64,000 nt of DNA from contig CAZMGV010000008.1 of NCBI GenBank assembly GCA_964565925.1, positions 2,664 to 66,663 on the forward strand. The letters are read 5' to 3'. The DNA comes from an uncultured bacterium. GTDB lineage: Bacteria; JAGRBM01; JAHCIT01. A program made the translations under genes and the position numbers. Positions within the stretch are counted from its first letter, which is position 1, and every line of letters starts with the position of its first letter. Below the pieces are notes generated by a model. It did no database searches, was not told the DNA's origin, and was given only the letters and a program-made list of their open reading frames with translations. Positions 47,705 through 57,188 of this stretch are shown here, in pieces.

Positions 47705-48318
47705 GGCAGAAACTCCTTCACTCCGCTGAACGTGCGGCGGTGGATCTCGCACGGGCCGTTCCTGCGGATCGCCTCCCGGTGGTATTCGGTCGGATATCCC
47801 TTGTGCCGCTCGAACCCGTACACGGGATATCTGGCCGCCATTTCCGCCATGACGGCGTCGCGGTGAACCTTCGCCAGAATACTGGCGGCGGCGACGGACG
47901 GGCTTTTCGCGTCGCCCTTCACGAGGAACTTCTGGCGCACCAGCGCGTCGGTCAGTTTGTTGCCGTCGATCAGCGCCAGCCCGACCGGCTTTTCCAGCGC
48001 CTCGATCGCCCGCCGCATGGCGATCAGCGAAGCCCGCAGGATATTATGCCGTTCGATCTCCGCGACGGTCGACTCTTTCACTGCCCAGCTGAGCGCCCTC
48101 GCCCGGATTTCAACGGAAAGCCGGACACGGTCTTCATGGGTAAGTGCCTTGGAATCGTTGAGTCCGTCGATGAACGGCCCGTCGGGATCGAGAATCACCG
48201 CCGCCGCAACGACCGGTCCGGCGAGCGGGCCGCGGCCCGCCTCATCTACACCGGCAATAAAAGTCCCCCTGGGGACTTCCGCCAGAAACTGCCGGTCAAA
48301 GGCCGGGTCGAGCGGCAT
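47701..48318 (-). CDS. rnhB: ribonuclease HII
   Basis: AGVDEAGRGPLAGPVVAAAV catalytic N-terminus. Confidence 0.9.
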   Translation of the reverse strand: MPLDPAFDRQFLAEVPRGTFIAGVDEAGRGPLAGPVVAAAVILDPDGPFIDGLNDSKALTHEDRVRLSVEIRARALSWAVKESTVAEIERHNILRASLIAMRRAIEALEKPVGLALIDGNKLTDALVRQKFLVKGDAKSPSVAAASILAKVHRDAVMAEMAARYPVYGFERHKGYPTEYHREAIRRNGPCEIHRRTFSGVKEFLP

Positions 48319-48324
48319 GGGATA

Positions 48325-50166
48325 TCAGCCGGGGAGCTTGAGCGCCAGATCGGCCAGCGCCGCCAGCTGGCCTCGGTTGGTGGTGAAAATGACCTGCGAG
48401 CGGGCGCCGACGCCCTTGAGCGACCGGAGCAGCCCCGCCAGCCACTTGTCGTCCAGCCCGCCGGTGCCCGCGTCGATCAGCAGCGGGAGCTTTTCTTTCT
48501 TCTCGGCCACATATTCGATCAGCGTACCGTGAAGGGCGAACTGGAAGGCGTGCATGACGCTCGGACTCACCTCGCCGAGACTCCGTTCACGGGAGGTCGG
48601 AACGTGCATCACCATCGCCGACCCGTCTTCAGATAACGAGGCCACCGAGTAGCGGTTCTCGGTGATCGTCTGCAGGTTCGCCGAGACTCTGGGGAGAATC
48701 GCCGCCGCCAGCACCGCGCCGCTTTCATCCAGATAAGCCGCCGTGGCGGAAATCAGCCGGCCCGCGCCGACACCGGCAACGCCCGCTCCCTTGCCGCTCA
48801 CAGCCTTCAGTTTTTCAAGCTGGCGGCGCAGTTCGCTCGGATCGATGGCGGCGGCGGCACCCATCTGCTTGATGTCGGCCTGGATGGCCCTGGCCTTTTC
48901 CGTGATCGCCTTCATTTCGGAGGCTGCGGAGGTGTATTCGGGGTCCTGCTTGCCCTTCTCGGCCTCTTCCTTCGCCTTGTCGGCGATCGCCTTCTGCTTG
49001 CGGTAGAGGACCATCCGCTCGCCAAGCTCGCCGGCACGGTCCAGTTCCAGCCGCCGGAGCAGCGCCAGCGCGTCGGCCGCCTCGACCTCGTATTTCCGGG
49101 TGAGCTGGGCGCGCTGCTGCTCGACCTTGTCCGGTTTGGCAATGACGGCGTCGAGCTCGGAAATCTGTTTCATCCACGCCAGATAACCGAAACCCGCGAC
49201 GCCGCCGCCGATGATGATCAGCAGGATCATCTTCGTCGCATGCGGGTTGTCCTTCATGACCAGCAGGATGAGCAGCAGGATTCCGAGGAAAATGAGCCCG
49301 GCACCTGCCCCCACAATCGGATGCTTGAAGACCGGGATCTTCCTGCGTGCCGCCGCGTCTCCTTCTTCCCGAAGCGCCAGCACCTGCTTCTCGAGCTGGT
49401 CCAGCTCCTTCTTGCGGTCGCCCGACTTCTCGTCGTAGTTGCGGACCCGTTCTTCCTGTTCCTTGGTGACGCCCGCTAGGCCGTTGAACTCCGGCTTTTC
49501 GAGAGCCTCCTGGTGCTTTTTTGCGGTGGCAACCAGATCGTCCACCCGCTTGATCTTGCTCTGGCAGTCGAACTTCTGCCCTTCGAGCCCGTCCAGTTCG
49601 AACTGGAGCTTGTCGATCCGGCCGGCGCCTTCGAGCGCGTCCTCGATCAGCTTGATCTTCTTTTCGCGTTCTTCGGGCGACAGCAGCGCGGTCTCGTCCG
49701 TCGCGGCGCCGCTGAAGGCGCTGCGGCTGCCGGCCGCTTCCGTGTCCAGCCGGCGCATCGTGCAGAGCGCATGGAACTGGTCCAGGGCCGGGAGCCCCGC
49801 GTCGGCAAGCGCCTGCTCGATCTGTGCGGCGTCGCCCGTCACCGGCATGAACTTCTTGGTGGCCGGGTCCAGCTTCGACAGGCTGGAGGCGCCTTTCACA
49901 AAATCGCGGACGATACGCCAGGTCGCCTGCTCGGGACCGGCCTTGAACACAAGTGCGGCGCGCGAGACGTCGGGAGTTTCCCAGGAGAGCAGTTCGCCGG
50001 AAAGCGTCGAACTGGCCGGAAAGAGGGTCGCCTCCAGCGCATCGAGGAAAGTCGTTTTACCCGACTCGCTGCCGCCCACAAGCATCACCAGTCCGGGCTT
50101 TGCCTGGATCTTGAACGAATCCTTGAACCTGCGAACGCCCTGGAGGACGAATTCGATGATCTGCAC
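48325..50166 (-). CDS. SMC/RecF-like P-loop ATPase with coiled coils and a central transmembrane hairpin
   Basis: N-terminal Walker A LVGGSESGKTT, long coiled-coil regions, central hydrophobic segment (GAGLIFLGILLLILLV…ILLIIIGGGVAGFGYLAW), C-terminal ABC-type signature region. Confidence 0.6.
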   Translation of the reverse strand: MQIIEFVLQGVRRFKDSFKIQAKPGLVMLVGGSESGKTTFLDALEATLFPASSTLSGELLSWETPDVSRAALVFKAGPEQATWRIVRDFVKGASSLSKLDPATKKFMPVTGDAAQIEQALADAGLPALDQFHALCTMRRLDTEAAGSRSAFSGAATDETALLSPEEREKKIKLIEDALEGAGRIDKLQFELDGLEGQKFDCQSKIKRVDDLVATAKKHQEALEKPEFNGLAGVTKEQEERVRNYDEKSGDRKKELDQLEKQVLALREEGDAAARRKIPVFKHPIVGAGAGLIFLGILLLILLVMKDNPHATKMILLIIIGGGVAGFGYLAWMKQISELDAVIAKPDKVEQQRAQLTRKYEVEAADALALLRRLELDRAGELGERMVLYRKQKAIADKAKEEAEKGKQDPEYTSAASEMKAITEKARAIQADIKQMGAAAAIDPSELRRQLEKLKAVSGKGAGVAGVGAGRLISATAAYLDESGAVLAAAILPRVSANLQTITENRYSVASLSEDGSAMVMHVPTSRERSLGEVSPSVMHAFQFALHGTLIEYVAEKKEKLPLLIDAGTGGLDDKWLAGLLRSLKGVGARSQVIFTTNRGQLAALADLALKLPG

Positions 50167-50228
50167 GGTCTTCCCTCTTAGCCTGCCCAGTTTATCGCTT
50201 CCGGCCGCCCAAGACTACGCGACAAATG

Positions 50229-50267
50229 CGCAAAAAAGAACGCCCCGGACTCGCGTCCAGGGCGCCT
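50229..50267 (-). terminator. probable rho-independent terminator after rplS
   Basis: On minus strand: GC-rich imperfect stem (ggcgccc…ggggcg) followed by ttctttttt. Confidence 0.4.
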
Positions 50268-50288
50268 TTCCATACCGTCTCTCTGCGG

Positions 50289-50786
50289 TTACTTGGCGGC
50301 TTCCGGAGCCGGGGTCCCGGCGGCGGCCGCGTCGACAGGGGCCGCTTCAGCGGTGCCTTCCGTCGGCGTGTTGAGCGCCAGCAGACGGCGGAACGCTTCG
50401 GAACCGCGGCGTTCGCGGATCTTGGCGGCACGGCCCGACAGGTCGCGCAGGTAGTAGAGCTTGCCGCGGCGGACTTCGCCTTCCTGCTTCACTTCGATCT
50501 TTTCGATCCACGGTGAGTGGAGCGGGAACGTTCTTTCCACGCCGATCCCGAAGGAGACCTTGCGGACCTTGAAGGTGCGCTGCAGGCCGCGTCCGCGGCA
50601 GGCGATCACGACGCCTTCGAACACCTGGACGCGTTCCTTGTCGCCTTCCTTGATCCGCGTGTGGACGCGTACCGTCGAGCCGGGGCGGAAGCTTTCCTTC
50701 ACGCGCTCGCGCTTGCCCGAGGTCTTGAGGCGGTCGCCCTTGATCTGTTCGGCTTCAATCTTCTGGATAATTGCGTTGATCGACAT
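50289..50786 (-). CDS. rplS: 50S ribosomal protein L19 (with C-terminal extension)
   Basis: [14 protein letters not shown]… L19 N-terminus and core. Confidence 0.9.
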   Translation of the reverse strand: MSINAIIQKIEAEQIKGDRLKTSGKRERVKESFRPGSTVRVHTRIKEGDKERVQVFEGVVIACRGRGLQRTFKVRKVSFGIGVERTFPLHSPWIEKIEVKQEGEVRRGKLYYLRDLSGRAAKIRERRGSEAFRRLLALNTPTEGTAEAAPVDAAAAGTPAPEAAK

Positions 50787-50942
50787 GGCTTGTTTCCCGG
50801 TTCAGTAAGGCCCTTGCCAGCGGCAGGGCGGTTACGAAGGCGCCTGTGTTTACATGGAACATCCTTCAAGTCAAGCGCATCGCGGGCTGTCCAAAACCCC
50901 AAGTGTTCCGCCGGGTTGGAGCCTGCCACGGCGAGCCCTTTT

Positions 50943-51704
50943 TCAGCCTTTTTCGCCGAATCCGAGGGCTTTCAGGAAGGCCAGGTCATCCGGGCCGAGC
51001 TGGCCGCGGCCGGCCGCCTTCCTGAGCAGGTCCGGCCGCCGCTCGAGCGTGCGCCTGAGCGACATCTCCCGCCGCCACCGCCCAATCCGGGCATGGTCGC
51101 CGGACATCAGCACTTCCGGAACGGGCAGCACTCCGGACGGCCCGTCCACCGCTTCCGGGCGCGTATACTGGGGCCCTTCGAGCAGCCCTTCCTTGAAACT
51201 TTCGGACGAGAGCGACTCCTCGTTACCCAGTACGCCGGGCACGAGCCGCACCACCGAATCGACGACGCACATGGCGGCCAGTTCGCCGCCCGTCATCACG
51301 AAATCGCCGACGGAAACCTCCCGCGCACCGCAGAGTTCGATCACCCGCTGGTCGAACCCTTCGTAGTGGCCGCACAGCACGACGACCCGTTCCGCGGTCA
51401 CGTACTGCCGGGCAAGCGCATCGGTCCACGGCTCGCCGGAGGCGGCGGTCGCGATCACCGGCGTACCGGGTGAGAGATTCAGCGCCTCAAGCTGGCGCAA
51501 AACGGGCGGCGCCTGGATCAGCATCCCGCTGCCGCCGCCGAAGGGATGCTCGTCCACGCGGCCGTGCTTGTTACCGGCGTGGTCGCGGAGCTGGTGTGTC
51601 TCCAGCGCGGCCAGCGACTTCTTCTGCGCCCGGCCCACAATCGAATGTTCCCGCCAGCCGTCAAAGGCCTCGGGGAACAGCGTGACGATGTCGAACCGGA
51701 TCAT
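50943..51704 (-). CDS. trmD: tRNA (guanine37-N1)-methyltransferase
   Basis: MIRFDIVTLFPE… TrmD N-terminus, SPOUT fold. Confidence 0.9.
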   Translation of the reverse strand: MIRFDIVTLFPEAFDGWREHSIVGRAQKKSLAALETHQLRDHAGNKHGRVDEHPFGGGSGMLIQAPPVLRQLEALNLSPGTPVIATAASGEPWTDALARQYVTAERVVVLCGHYEGFDQRVIELCGAREVSVGDFVMTGGELAAMCVVDSVVRLVPGVLGNEESLSSESFKEGLLEGPQYTRPEAVDGPSGVLPVPEVLMSGDHARIGRWRREMSLRRTLERRPDLLRKAAGRGQLGPDDLAFLKALGFGEKG

Positions 51705-52327
51705 GACTCTTCCGCCTCGCCAGCCTCGTTGGCCTCGTCGGCTTCCGACGCATCGATCAGCGCCTTGCGCGGAATCGTCACGACACCGCCGTCGAATTCG
51801 ACTTCATCCAGAAACAGCGCCACGTAGCGGTCGCCGGACAGGATTCCGTACGTCTGCCCGGCCGGATTGATAAAGAAATCCTTGATGGTGCCGATGTCCT
51901 CGGGCGAATCGTCGAATCGTACCTGGGCGCCCTTCAGATCTTCCAGATACAGACCTTCCGACATCTCTTCACGCGGAATAAGCAGCGTCGCGTTGCGGTA
52001 CCGCTCGGCGGCTTCAACGGTCGTGATGCCCTCGAAGTAGACCTGGAAAAGTTCGCCCAGCGGAGCCACGCGCGAGATGGTCAGCGTGTGCGGCTCGCCC
52101 TTCTCGGGCACCACGCGCAGCTTCACGCCCGGACGCAGGTTATCGTCCGATTCGCTCCAGATGATGGTCTTGATAGCCCCTTTGAGGCCGTGGGGCTTGA
52201 CGGCTTTGCCCAGCTCGATGAACCGGGCTGAAGGTTCAGGCGCCGTATCGGACGCCGTATTAGGCGTCGGGTGCGCCGGCTTCGCCGTCGTCTTCTTCGG
52301 ACCCTTCATCGCCTTCGGACCCTTCAT
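51701..52327 (-). CDS. rimM: 16S rRNA processing protein RimM (start uncertain; ORF open up to 52510 through a basic KGPKA(M/T) repeat region)
   Basis: RimM core begins FIELGKAVKPHGLKGAIK; conserved operon position. Confidence 0.7.
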   Translation of the reverse strand: MKGPKAMKGPKKTTAKPAHPTPNTASDTAPEPSARFIELGKAVKPHGLKGAIKTIIWSESDDNLRPGVKLRVVPEKGEPHTLTISRVAPLGELFQVYFEGITTVEAAERYRNATLLIPREEMSEGLYLEDLKGAQVRFDDSPEDIGTIKDFFINPAGQTYGILSGDRYVALFLDEVEFDGGVVTIPRKALIDASEADEANEAGEAEES

Positions 52328-52784
52328 CGCCTTCGGACCCTTCGTCGCCTTCGGACCCTTCGTCGCCTTCATCATCGCCTTCGTCGCCACCCTCGTCGTT
52401 GCGACGGGCATCGGCGCGTCGGTCCTCTTCGCTGGTCTCTTCGCCGGCCGGACGGTCCGGCTCGATAATTTCGAGCTCGGCCTGGACCCGCAGCTTCGCG
52501 GCCATCGCATTCACCATCGCGCGGAGCGCGCGGGCCGTGCGGCCGTTCTTGCCGATCACCTTGCCGAGATCGGAATTGTCCACATGCAGCTCGTACAGCC
52601 GGAACCGGTCGCCGTCTTCCTCGTGGTCCCGTTCCTCGATGCGGACGGCATCGGGCACGGAGACGAGCTCGCGCACGATCTCGATCACCATCGTGTGGAT
52701 CGAAACGGAGGGCGCTGCGGCCGTGCTGCCGGCAGAAGCCTCGACGGGTGCGATTTCAGACTGGTTTTCGGGCGTTTCACTCAT
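52260..52784 (-). CDS. KH-domain RNA-binding protein (UPF0109/YlqC-like) with acidic (EGDEGS)n C-terminal tail; probable start at 52691
   Basis: …LGKVIGKNGRTARALRAMVNAMA… KH motif GxxG; conserved rpsP-KH-rimM order. Confidence 0.7.
   Translation of the reverse strand: MSETPENQSEIAPVEASAGSTAAAPSVSIHTMVIEIVRELVSVPDAVRIEERDHEEDGDRFRLYELHVDNSDLGKVIGKNGRTARALRAMVNAMAAKLRVQAELEIIEPDRPAGEETSEEDRRADARRNDEGGDEGDDEGDEGSEGDEGSEGDEGSEGDEGSEEDDGEAGAPDA
52295..52366. repeat. four tandem 18-bp repeats (cttcggacccttc[a/g]tcgc) inside overlapping KH/rimM reading frames
   Basis: Direct inspection; encodes DEGSEG on one frame and KGPKAM on the other (minus strand). Confidence 0.85.
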
Positions 52785-52908
52785 GATTCGGAAATCTCCT
52801 GGAGATTCTGGCCCCTGAATGCTGCGGGCCGGTCAGCAGCTGATAAACAGTCCGGCCGCGGCCGGATTTGTCCGGAGGCGCGGCCGGGGCACTGACGGAA
52901 CCTTCCGC

Positions 52909-53175
52909 TCAGTGAGGGATCGGAATGCCCTGCTTCTTGAGCAGCGTGCGCACCGACTCCGAGGGCTGCGCGCCCTTGGAGAGCCAGTACTGGATACGCT
53001 CGGCATGAAGCGTCGTACCCTTCTGCGTGCCGGTCGGGATGTGCGTACCGAGCACCTCGAGGTGACGGCCATCGCGCGGATGCGTCTTGTCGGCAGCCAC
53101 AATACGGTAGGCGGCGCGGTTCTTGTTTCCACGACGGGACATTCTGATCACAACCATGAAATTCTCGGGCTCCAC
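52909..53175 (-). CDS. rpsP: 30S ribosomal protein S16
   Basis: MVVIRMSRRGNKNRAAYRIV… S16 signature. Confidence 0.85.
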   Translation of the reverse strand: MEPENFMVVIRMSRRGNKNRAAYRIVAADKTHPRDGRHLEVLGTHIPTGTQKGTTLHAERIQYWLSKGAQPSESVRTLLKKQGIPIPH

Positions 53176-53340
53176 TGGGCCCCGGACCCGTTCGTGACGG
53201 GGTATTAGTTACCGGGGAAAACTCAAATAATATCAGCTACTTCCGGGCTGATGCAGCGCTTGGCGCACCGTCCGGACCGACTTGTCTATAAGATAACCGG
53301 AGGGATTTCAAGACCTTCCGGAAACCCTGATCCAGGGGCC

Positions 53341-54738
53341 TCACATCCCCATGCCGGGGAACCCGCCGCCGGGCATTCCACCCATGCCGCCCGGGCCGCC
53401 GCGGCTCTGCATCATCCGCATCATGTCGCCGGGGCCCATCTTGTTGAGCTGCTTCATCATCTTCTTCATCTGGAGGAAGTTCTTGAGCAGCTTGTTCACG
53501 TCATTGACGTGGGTGCCGCTTCCGGCCGCGATGCGCTTCCTCCGGTTGCCGTTAATAAGCGAATGGTCGGCCCGCTCCTGCTTCGTCATCGAATTGATGA
53601 TGGCCAGCGTGCGTGCCAGTTCCGCTTCGGCGCCCTGGAGCTGTTTGGCCTGCTTCATCAGGCCGCCCAGGCCCGGAATCATCCCCAGCACCGACGAAAA
53701 GCTTCCCAGCTTGTTCATCTGGAGCATGGCGTCCCGGAAATCCTCGAGGTCGAACTCGTTATTGACGAGTTTCTTCTCGATCCGCTTGGCCGTCTGCTGG
53801 TCGATCGCCTTGTTGGCCTTCTCGGCCAGCGTCTGCAGATCGCCCATGCCGAGGATGCGCTGTGCGATGCGGCTCGGGTGGAACGGCTGGAGCGCGTCCA
53901 TCTTTTCGCCCACGCCGACGAACTTCACCCGTGCGCCGGTGACCGCCTTGATCGACAGCGCCGCTCCGCCACGGGCGTCGCCGTCCATCTTGGTCAGCAC
54001 CACGCCGTCCAGATCGAGGCGGGCGTGGAACTCCTTTACGACATTGACCGCTTCCTGGCCGGTCATGGCGTCGGCCACGAACAGGATCTCGTGCGGCTTG
54101 AGGGTCTCCTGCATCCGGTCGAGCTCCTGCATGAGCTCTTCGTCGATCTGCAGGCGGCCGGCCGTGTCGACCAGCACCGTGTCGTAGCCCAGCCGTTTGG
54201 CCTCCTCGATCGCCTTCTGGGCCTCGGCCACGGGGTTCGCCCCGCTGGCTGGCGTGTCGTAAACCGGAATATCCAGCTGACGGCCAAGGGTCTTCAGCTG
54301 GTCGATAGCCGCCGGGCGGTAGACGTCGGCCGGGACCAGATACGGTTTGCGGCCGAGGTCTTCCTTCAGATAGCGGGCCAGCTTGCCGGTCGAGGTCGTC
54401 TTGCCCGAACCCTGGAGGCCCACGAGCATGATGACGGCCGGGGGAGTCACTTTAAGATTGAGTTCCGGGTCGCCACCGCCCAGCAGTTCCACCAGTTCGT
54501 CATACACGAGCTTGAGGAACATCTCGGCCGGTTCGATGCCCGGAGGAACTTCCGTCCCCAGTGATTTTTCCCGTAACCGCTTGACCAACTCGCGCACGAC
54601 GTGAAAATTGACGTCGGCCTCGAGAAGGCTGGTTCGGACCTGGGCGAGCACGTCGTCGATATTCTTCTCTGAAAGCCGCGCCTTACCCGCCAGGGTCCGC
54701 ACAGCCGAATTCAAACGATCGCTCAGGGATTCGAACAT
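53341..54738 (-). CDS. ffh: signal recognition particle protein Ffh
   Basis: MFESLSDRLNSAVRTL… N-domain, GTPase motifs GLQGSGKTT, DTAGR, Met-rich C-terminal M-domain. Confidence 0.9.
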   Translation of the reverse strand: MFESLSDRLNSAVRTLAGKARLSEKNIDDVLAQVRTSLLEADVNFHVVRELVKRLREKSLGTEVPPGIEPAEMFLKLVYDELVELLGGGDPELNLKVTPPAVIMLVGLQGSGKTTSTGKLARYLKEDLGRKPYLVPADVYRPAAIDQLKTLGRQLDIPVYDTPASGANPVAEAQKAIEEAKRLGYDTVLVDTAGRLQIDEELMQELDRMQETLKPHEILFVADAMTGQEAVNVVKEFHARLDLDGVVLTKMDGDARGGAALSIKAVTGARVKFVGVGEKMDALQPFHPSRIAQRILGMGDLQTLAEKANKAIDQQTAKRIEKKLVNNEFDLEDFRDAMLQMNKLGSFSSVLGMIPGLGGLMKQAKQLQGAEAELARTLAIINSMTKQERADHSLINGNRRKRIAAGSGTHVNDVNKLLKNFLQMKKMMKQLNKMGPGDMMRMMQSRGGPGGMGGMPGGGFPGMGM

Positions 54739-54790
54739 GATCTGTTCCTTCATCACGGACGCGTCGGGCACAGTCCGCAGGACCGCAACC

Positions 54791-55663
54791 TTGAACAACG
54801 AACCCCTCGTTGACAACTGCCGGGACCGGCGGACCGGCGTCTCCCGCGGGGCGCTGGCCGCTCTCGTTCCGGCCGCGCTTCTGCTGACGGGCGGCTGTTT
54901 CTATGCGGCCGACCAGGGACGCAAGCTCGAGGACAAGCTCCTGCGCATCGAGCACGACCAGGTGAACCCCGAAGAACTCAACAAGCGGCTCTCCCAGATG
55001 GAGACCCGCGAGGATCAGGTCCGCCTCGACATCGACAGCATGCGCCAGAGCCTGCAGGAGCAGATCCACGCACTGGAGACGATCCGCCAGAACCAGGATG
55101 CGGGCATGATGGAGCGGTCGGTGCTCGACAGCCGCCTCCAGCAGATCGAGGAAAGCCTCAAATCCGAACAGTCGCGGATGAGCGCCATGGAAAAGGTGAT
55201 GGGCGTGGGCAAGACGGGCGGGAAAAAGCCCGGCCAGCCCGAGATGGGTTCCAGCATCACGCCGTCGGTGGCCGCCGACGTACCGCAGGGCAACGGCGCG
55301 TTCTCGATGATCATGGCGAATCTCCAGGCGGGCGAATGGGTGAAGGCGCGCGAGGGGATCGAGGCCGTGCTGGCACGCGATCCCTCGCAGCGCGAAAAAG
55401 CCCAGGCGACCCTGCTCATGGGCCACCTGCATTTCCGCCAGAAGGCCTACAGCGATGCCATCCTCGTGTTCGACGACGTCGCGAAGAAGTTCGCGGATTT
55501 CCCCGAGGCGGCCGAGGCGCTCTACTACGAAGGCCGGTCGTTCCTGGAGAAGGGCAACGCCGACACGGCCGCCGCGTTCTTCAAGAAGCTGATCAAGCGG
55601 TATCCCGATTCGCCCTTCAGGCCGAAAGCGCAGGCTGACCTCAAGCAGTCCGGCGACCAGTAG
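54791..55663 (+). CDS. YbgF/CpoB-like lipoprotein (coiled coil plus C-terminal TPR)
   Basis: Lipobox-like LLLTGGC; coiled-coil Q/E-rich middle; C-terminal TPR; start uncertain (TTG 54791 proposed because ATG 54737 would abut ffh start). Confidence 0.5.
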   Translation: MNNEPLVDNCRDRRTGVSRGALAALVPAALLLTGGCFYAADQGRKLEDKLLRIEHDQVNPEELNKRLSQMETREDQVRLDIDSMRQSLQEQIHALETIRQNQDAGMMERSVLDSRLQQIEESLKSEQSRMSAMEKVMGVGKTGGKKPGQPEMGSSITPSVAADVPQGNGAFSMIMANLQAGEWVKAREGIEAVLARDPSQREKAQATLLMGHLHFRQKAYSDAILVFDDVAKKFADFPEAAEALYYEGRSFLEKGNADTAAAFFKKLIKRYPDSPFRPKAQADLKQSGDQ

Positions 55664-55697
55664 CCGCGACGGCGCCCGGAAGCGGCGCCGGCCACCC

Positions 55698-56765
55698 ATG
55701 AAAATCCTCGCCATCGAAACCTCGTGCGACGAAACCGCCGTCGCGCTTCTGGATGATGGCGTGGTCGCCAAGTCCCTCGTCTATTCGCAGATCCCCGACC
55801 ACCAGAAATGGGGCGGCGTCGTGCCCGAGATCGCCGCGAGAAAGCACCTCGAAGTGCTGCCGCTGCTCTACCAGGAACTGGTCAAAGAGACGGGACTGAA
55901 GTTCGCGGACTTAAAGGCCATCGCCGTCACGAGCGGCCCCGGCCTCATTGGCTGTCTGCACGTGGGACTGAACTTTGCCAAGGCGCTGTCGTTCTCCTGC
56001 GGCGTGCCGCTCTACGGGATCAATCATCTGGAAGGCCATCTGGCGTCGGTCGAACTGGTGCCGCAGGCCCCGCCGCCGCCGTGGATCGCCCTGCTCGTTT
56101 CGGGCGGCCATACGAGCCTCTATGTCGTCGAGAAGCCCGGCGCCTGCAGGCAGATCGGCGCAACGCGCGACGACGCCGCCGGTGAGGCGTTCGACAAGGG
56201 CGCGAAAATCCTGGGTCTCGGCTACCCCGGCGGGCCAATCGTCGACCGCACGGCGCAGGGCGGCGATGCCTCGAAGTTCCCCCTGCCCGTCTCCCGCATG
56301 GCGGACAGCCCCTATGACTTTTCTTTCTCGGGAGTGAAGACAGCGCTCTACTACAAGCACCGCGACGTGACGGACAAAGGTTCGCGCCCGCTCACCGACA
56401 TCGAAACGCGCGACTTCGCCGCGTCGCTGCAAAAGACGGTCGTGGAGGCGCTGCTCACCCGAGCGGTCCGCGCCTCGGACGAGTTCAACATCCGTTCGAT
56501 TGTGATTGTGGGCGGCGTGGCGGCGAACTCGCACCTGCGCGCCGAGGCCGAAAAATACGGCCGCAAGGGCTATAAACTTTTCTTCCCGCCGCTCGCCTAC
56601 TGCACCGACAACGCCGCGATGATCGGCCGCGCCGCATATAATCGCATCAAGGCCGGCACCCCGCCGGACGGGCTCGATATTAGTCCCAAAGCCCGCTGGC
56701 CCGTGGCGGATAACCTGTCCGATACGTCGGTCCCCAAACGGGAGAAGCCCCGGACGGGGAGGTAG
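55698..56765 (+). CDS. tsaD: tRNA N6-adenosine threonylcarbamoyltransferase TsaD
   Basis: MKILAIETSCDETAVAL… Kae1/YgjD family. Confidence 0.9.
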   Translation: MKILAIETSCDETAVALLDDGVVAKSLVYSQIPDHQKWGGVVPEIAARKHLEVLPLLYQELVKETGLKFADLKAIAVTSGPGLIGCLHVGLNFAKALSFSCGVPLYGINHLEGHLASVELVPQAPPPPWIALLVSGGHTSLYVVEKPGACRQIGATRDDAAGEAFDKGAKILGLGYPGGPIVDRTAQGGDASKFPLPVSRMADSPYDFSFSGVKTALYYKHRDVTDKGSRPLTDIETRDFAASLQKTVVEALLTRAVRASDEFNIRSIVIVGGVAANSHLRAEAEKYGRKGYKLFFPPLAYCTDNAAMIGRAAYNRIKAGTPPDGLDISPKARWPVADNLSDTSVPKREKPRTGR

Positions 56766-56968
56766 GGGCTATAAGACCTGCCGCTCCATCAATACATTCT
56801 TGTTTTTGTTAATTTATCGCCCCTAACTCCGCGACATTCCTGAGCTCCGGTTCCCGCCGCTTGGTCCATTTAGGCTCATTTAGGGCCACGCGGGTTTCGC
56901 CCCCTTGTCAGTGCGGAGAGCGTTGTTAAAAAAAACGGGTGACCCTTCGGGCATCCGGTTCAGGTGCA

Positions 56969-57019
56969 CCCCCACCCCAACCCCTCCCCCTGGAGGGGGG
57001 GGGAGGGGTTGGGGTGGGG
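56969..57019. repeat. perfect C-rich/G-rich palindrome (potential cruciform / i-motif / G4)
   Basis: cccccaccccaacccctccccc-tgga-gggggggggaggggttggggtgggg; within 423-bp tsaD-rsmA intergenic region. Confidence 0.85.
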
Positions 57020-57188
57020 AAGTAAAAGGCGGAGCAAGGGGGCAATGAGAGGAGGGGGGGACCCCACCTCACATCAACACGGTTAAACACGAATGGACAC
57101 GAGAAATGCGGTACTGGTTTCCGGGCCAAAACAGACATAGCTGTCCACTTTCCACCGAAAAACACGGAATAACACAGAACGAACGGCT

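Noticed and set aside
52295-52366. Tandem 18-bp repeats as possible CRISPR array
   Set aside because: The units are directly tandem with no spacers and are only 18 bp. They lie inside coding sequence, and there are no cas genes.
54608-54790. Upstream ATG and longer start for the YbgF-like gene
   Set aside because: The ATG at 54737 would abut the divergent ffh start codon (54738), leaving no promoter space. A TTG at 54791 preceding a lipoprotein-type signal peptide is more plausible.
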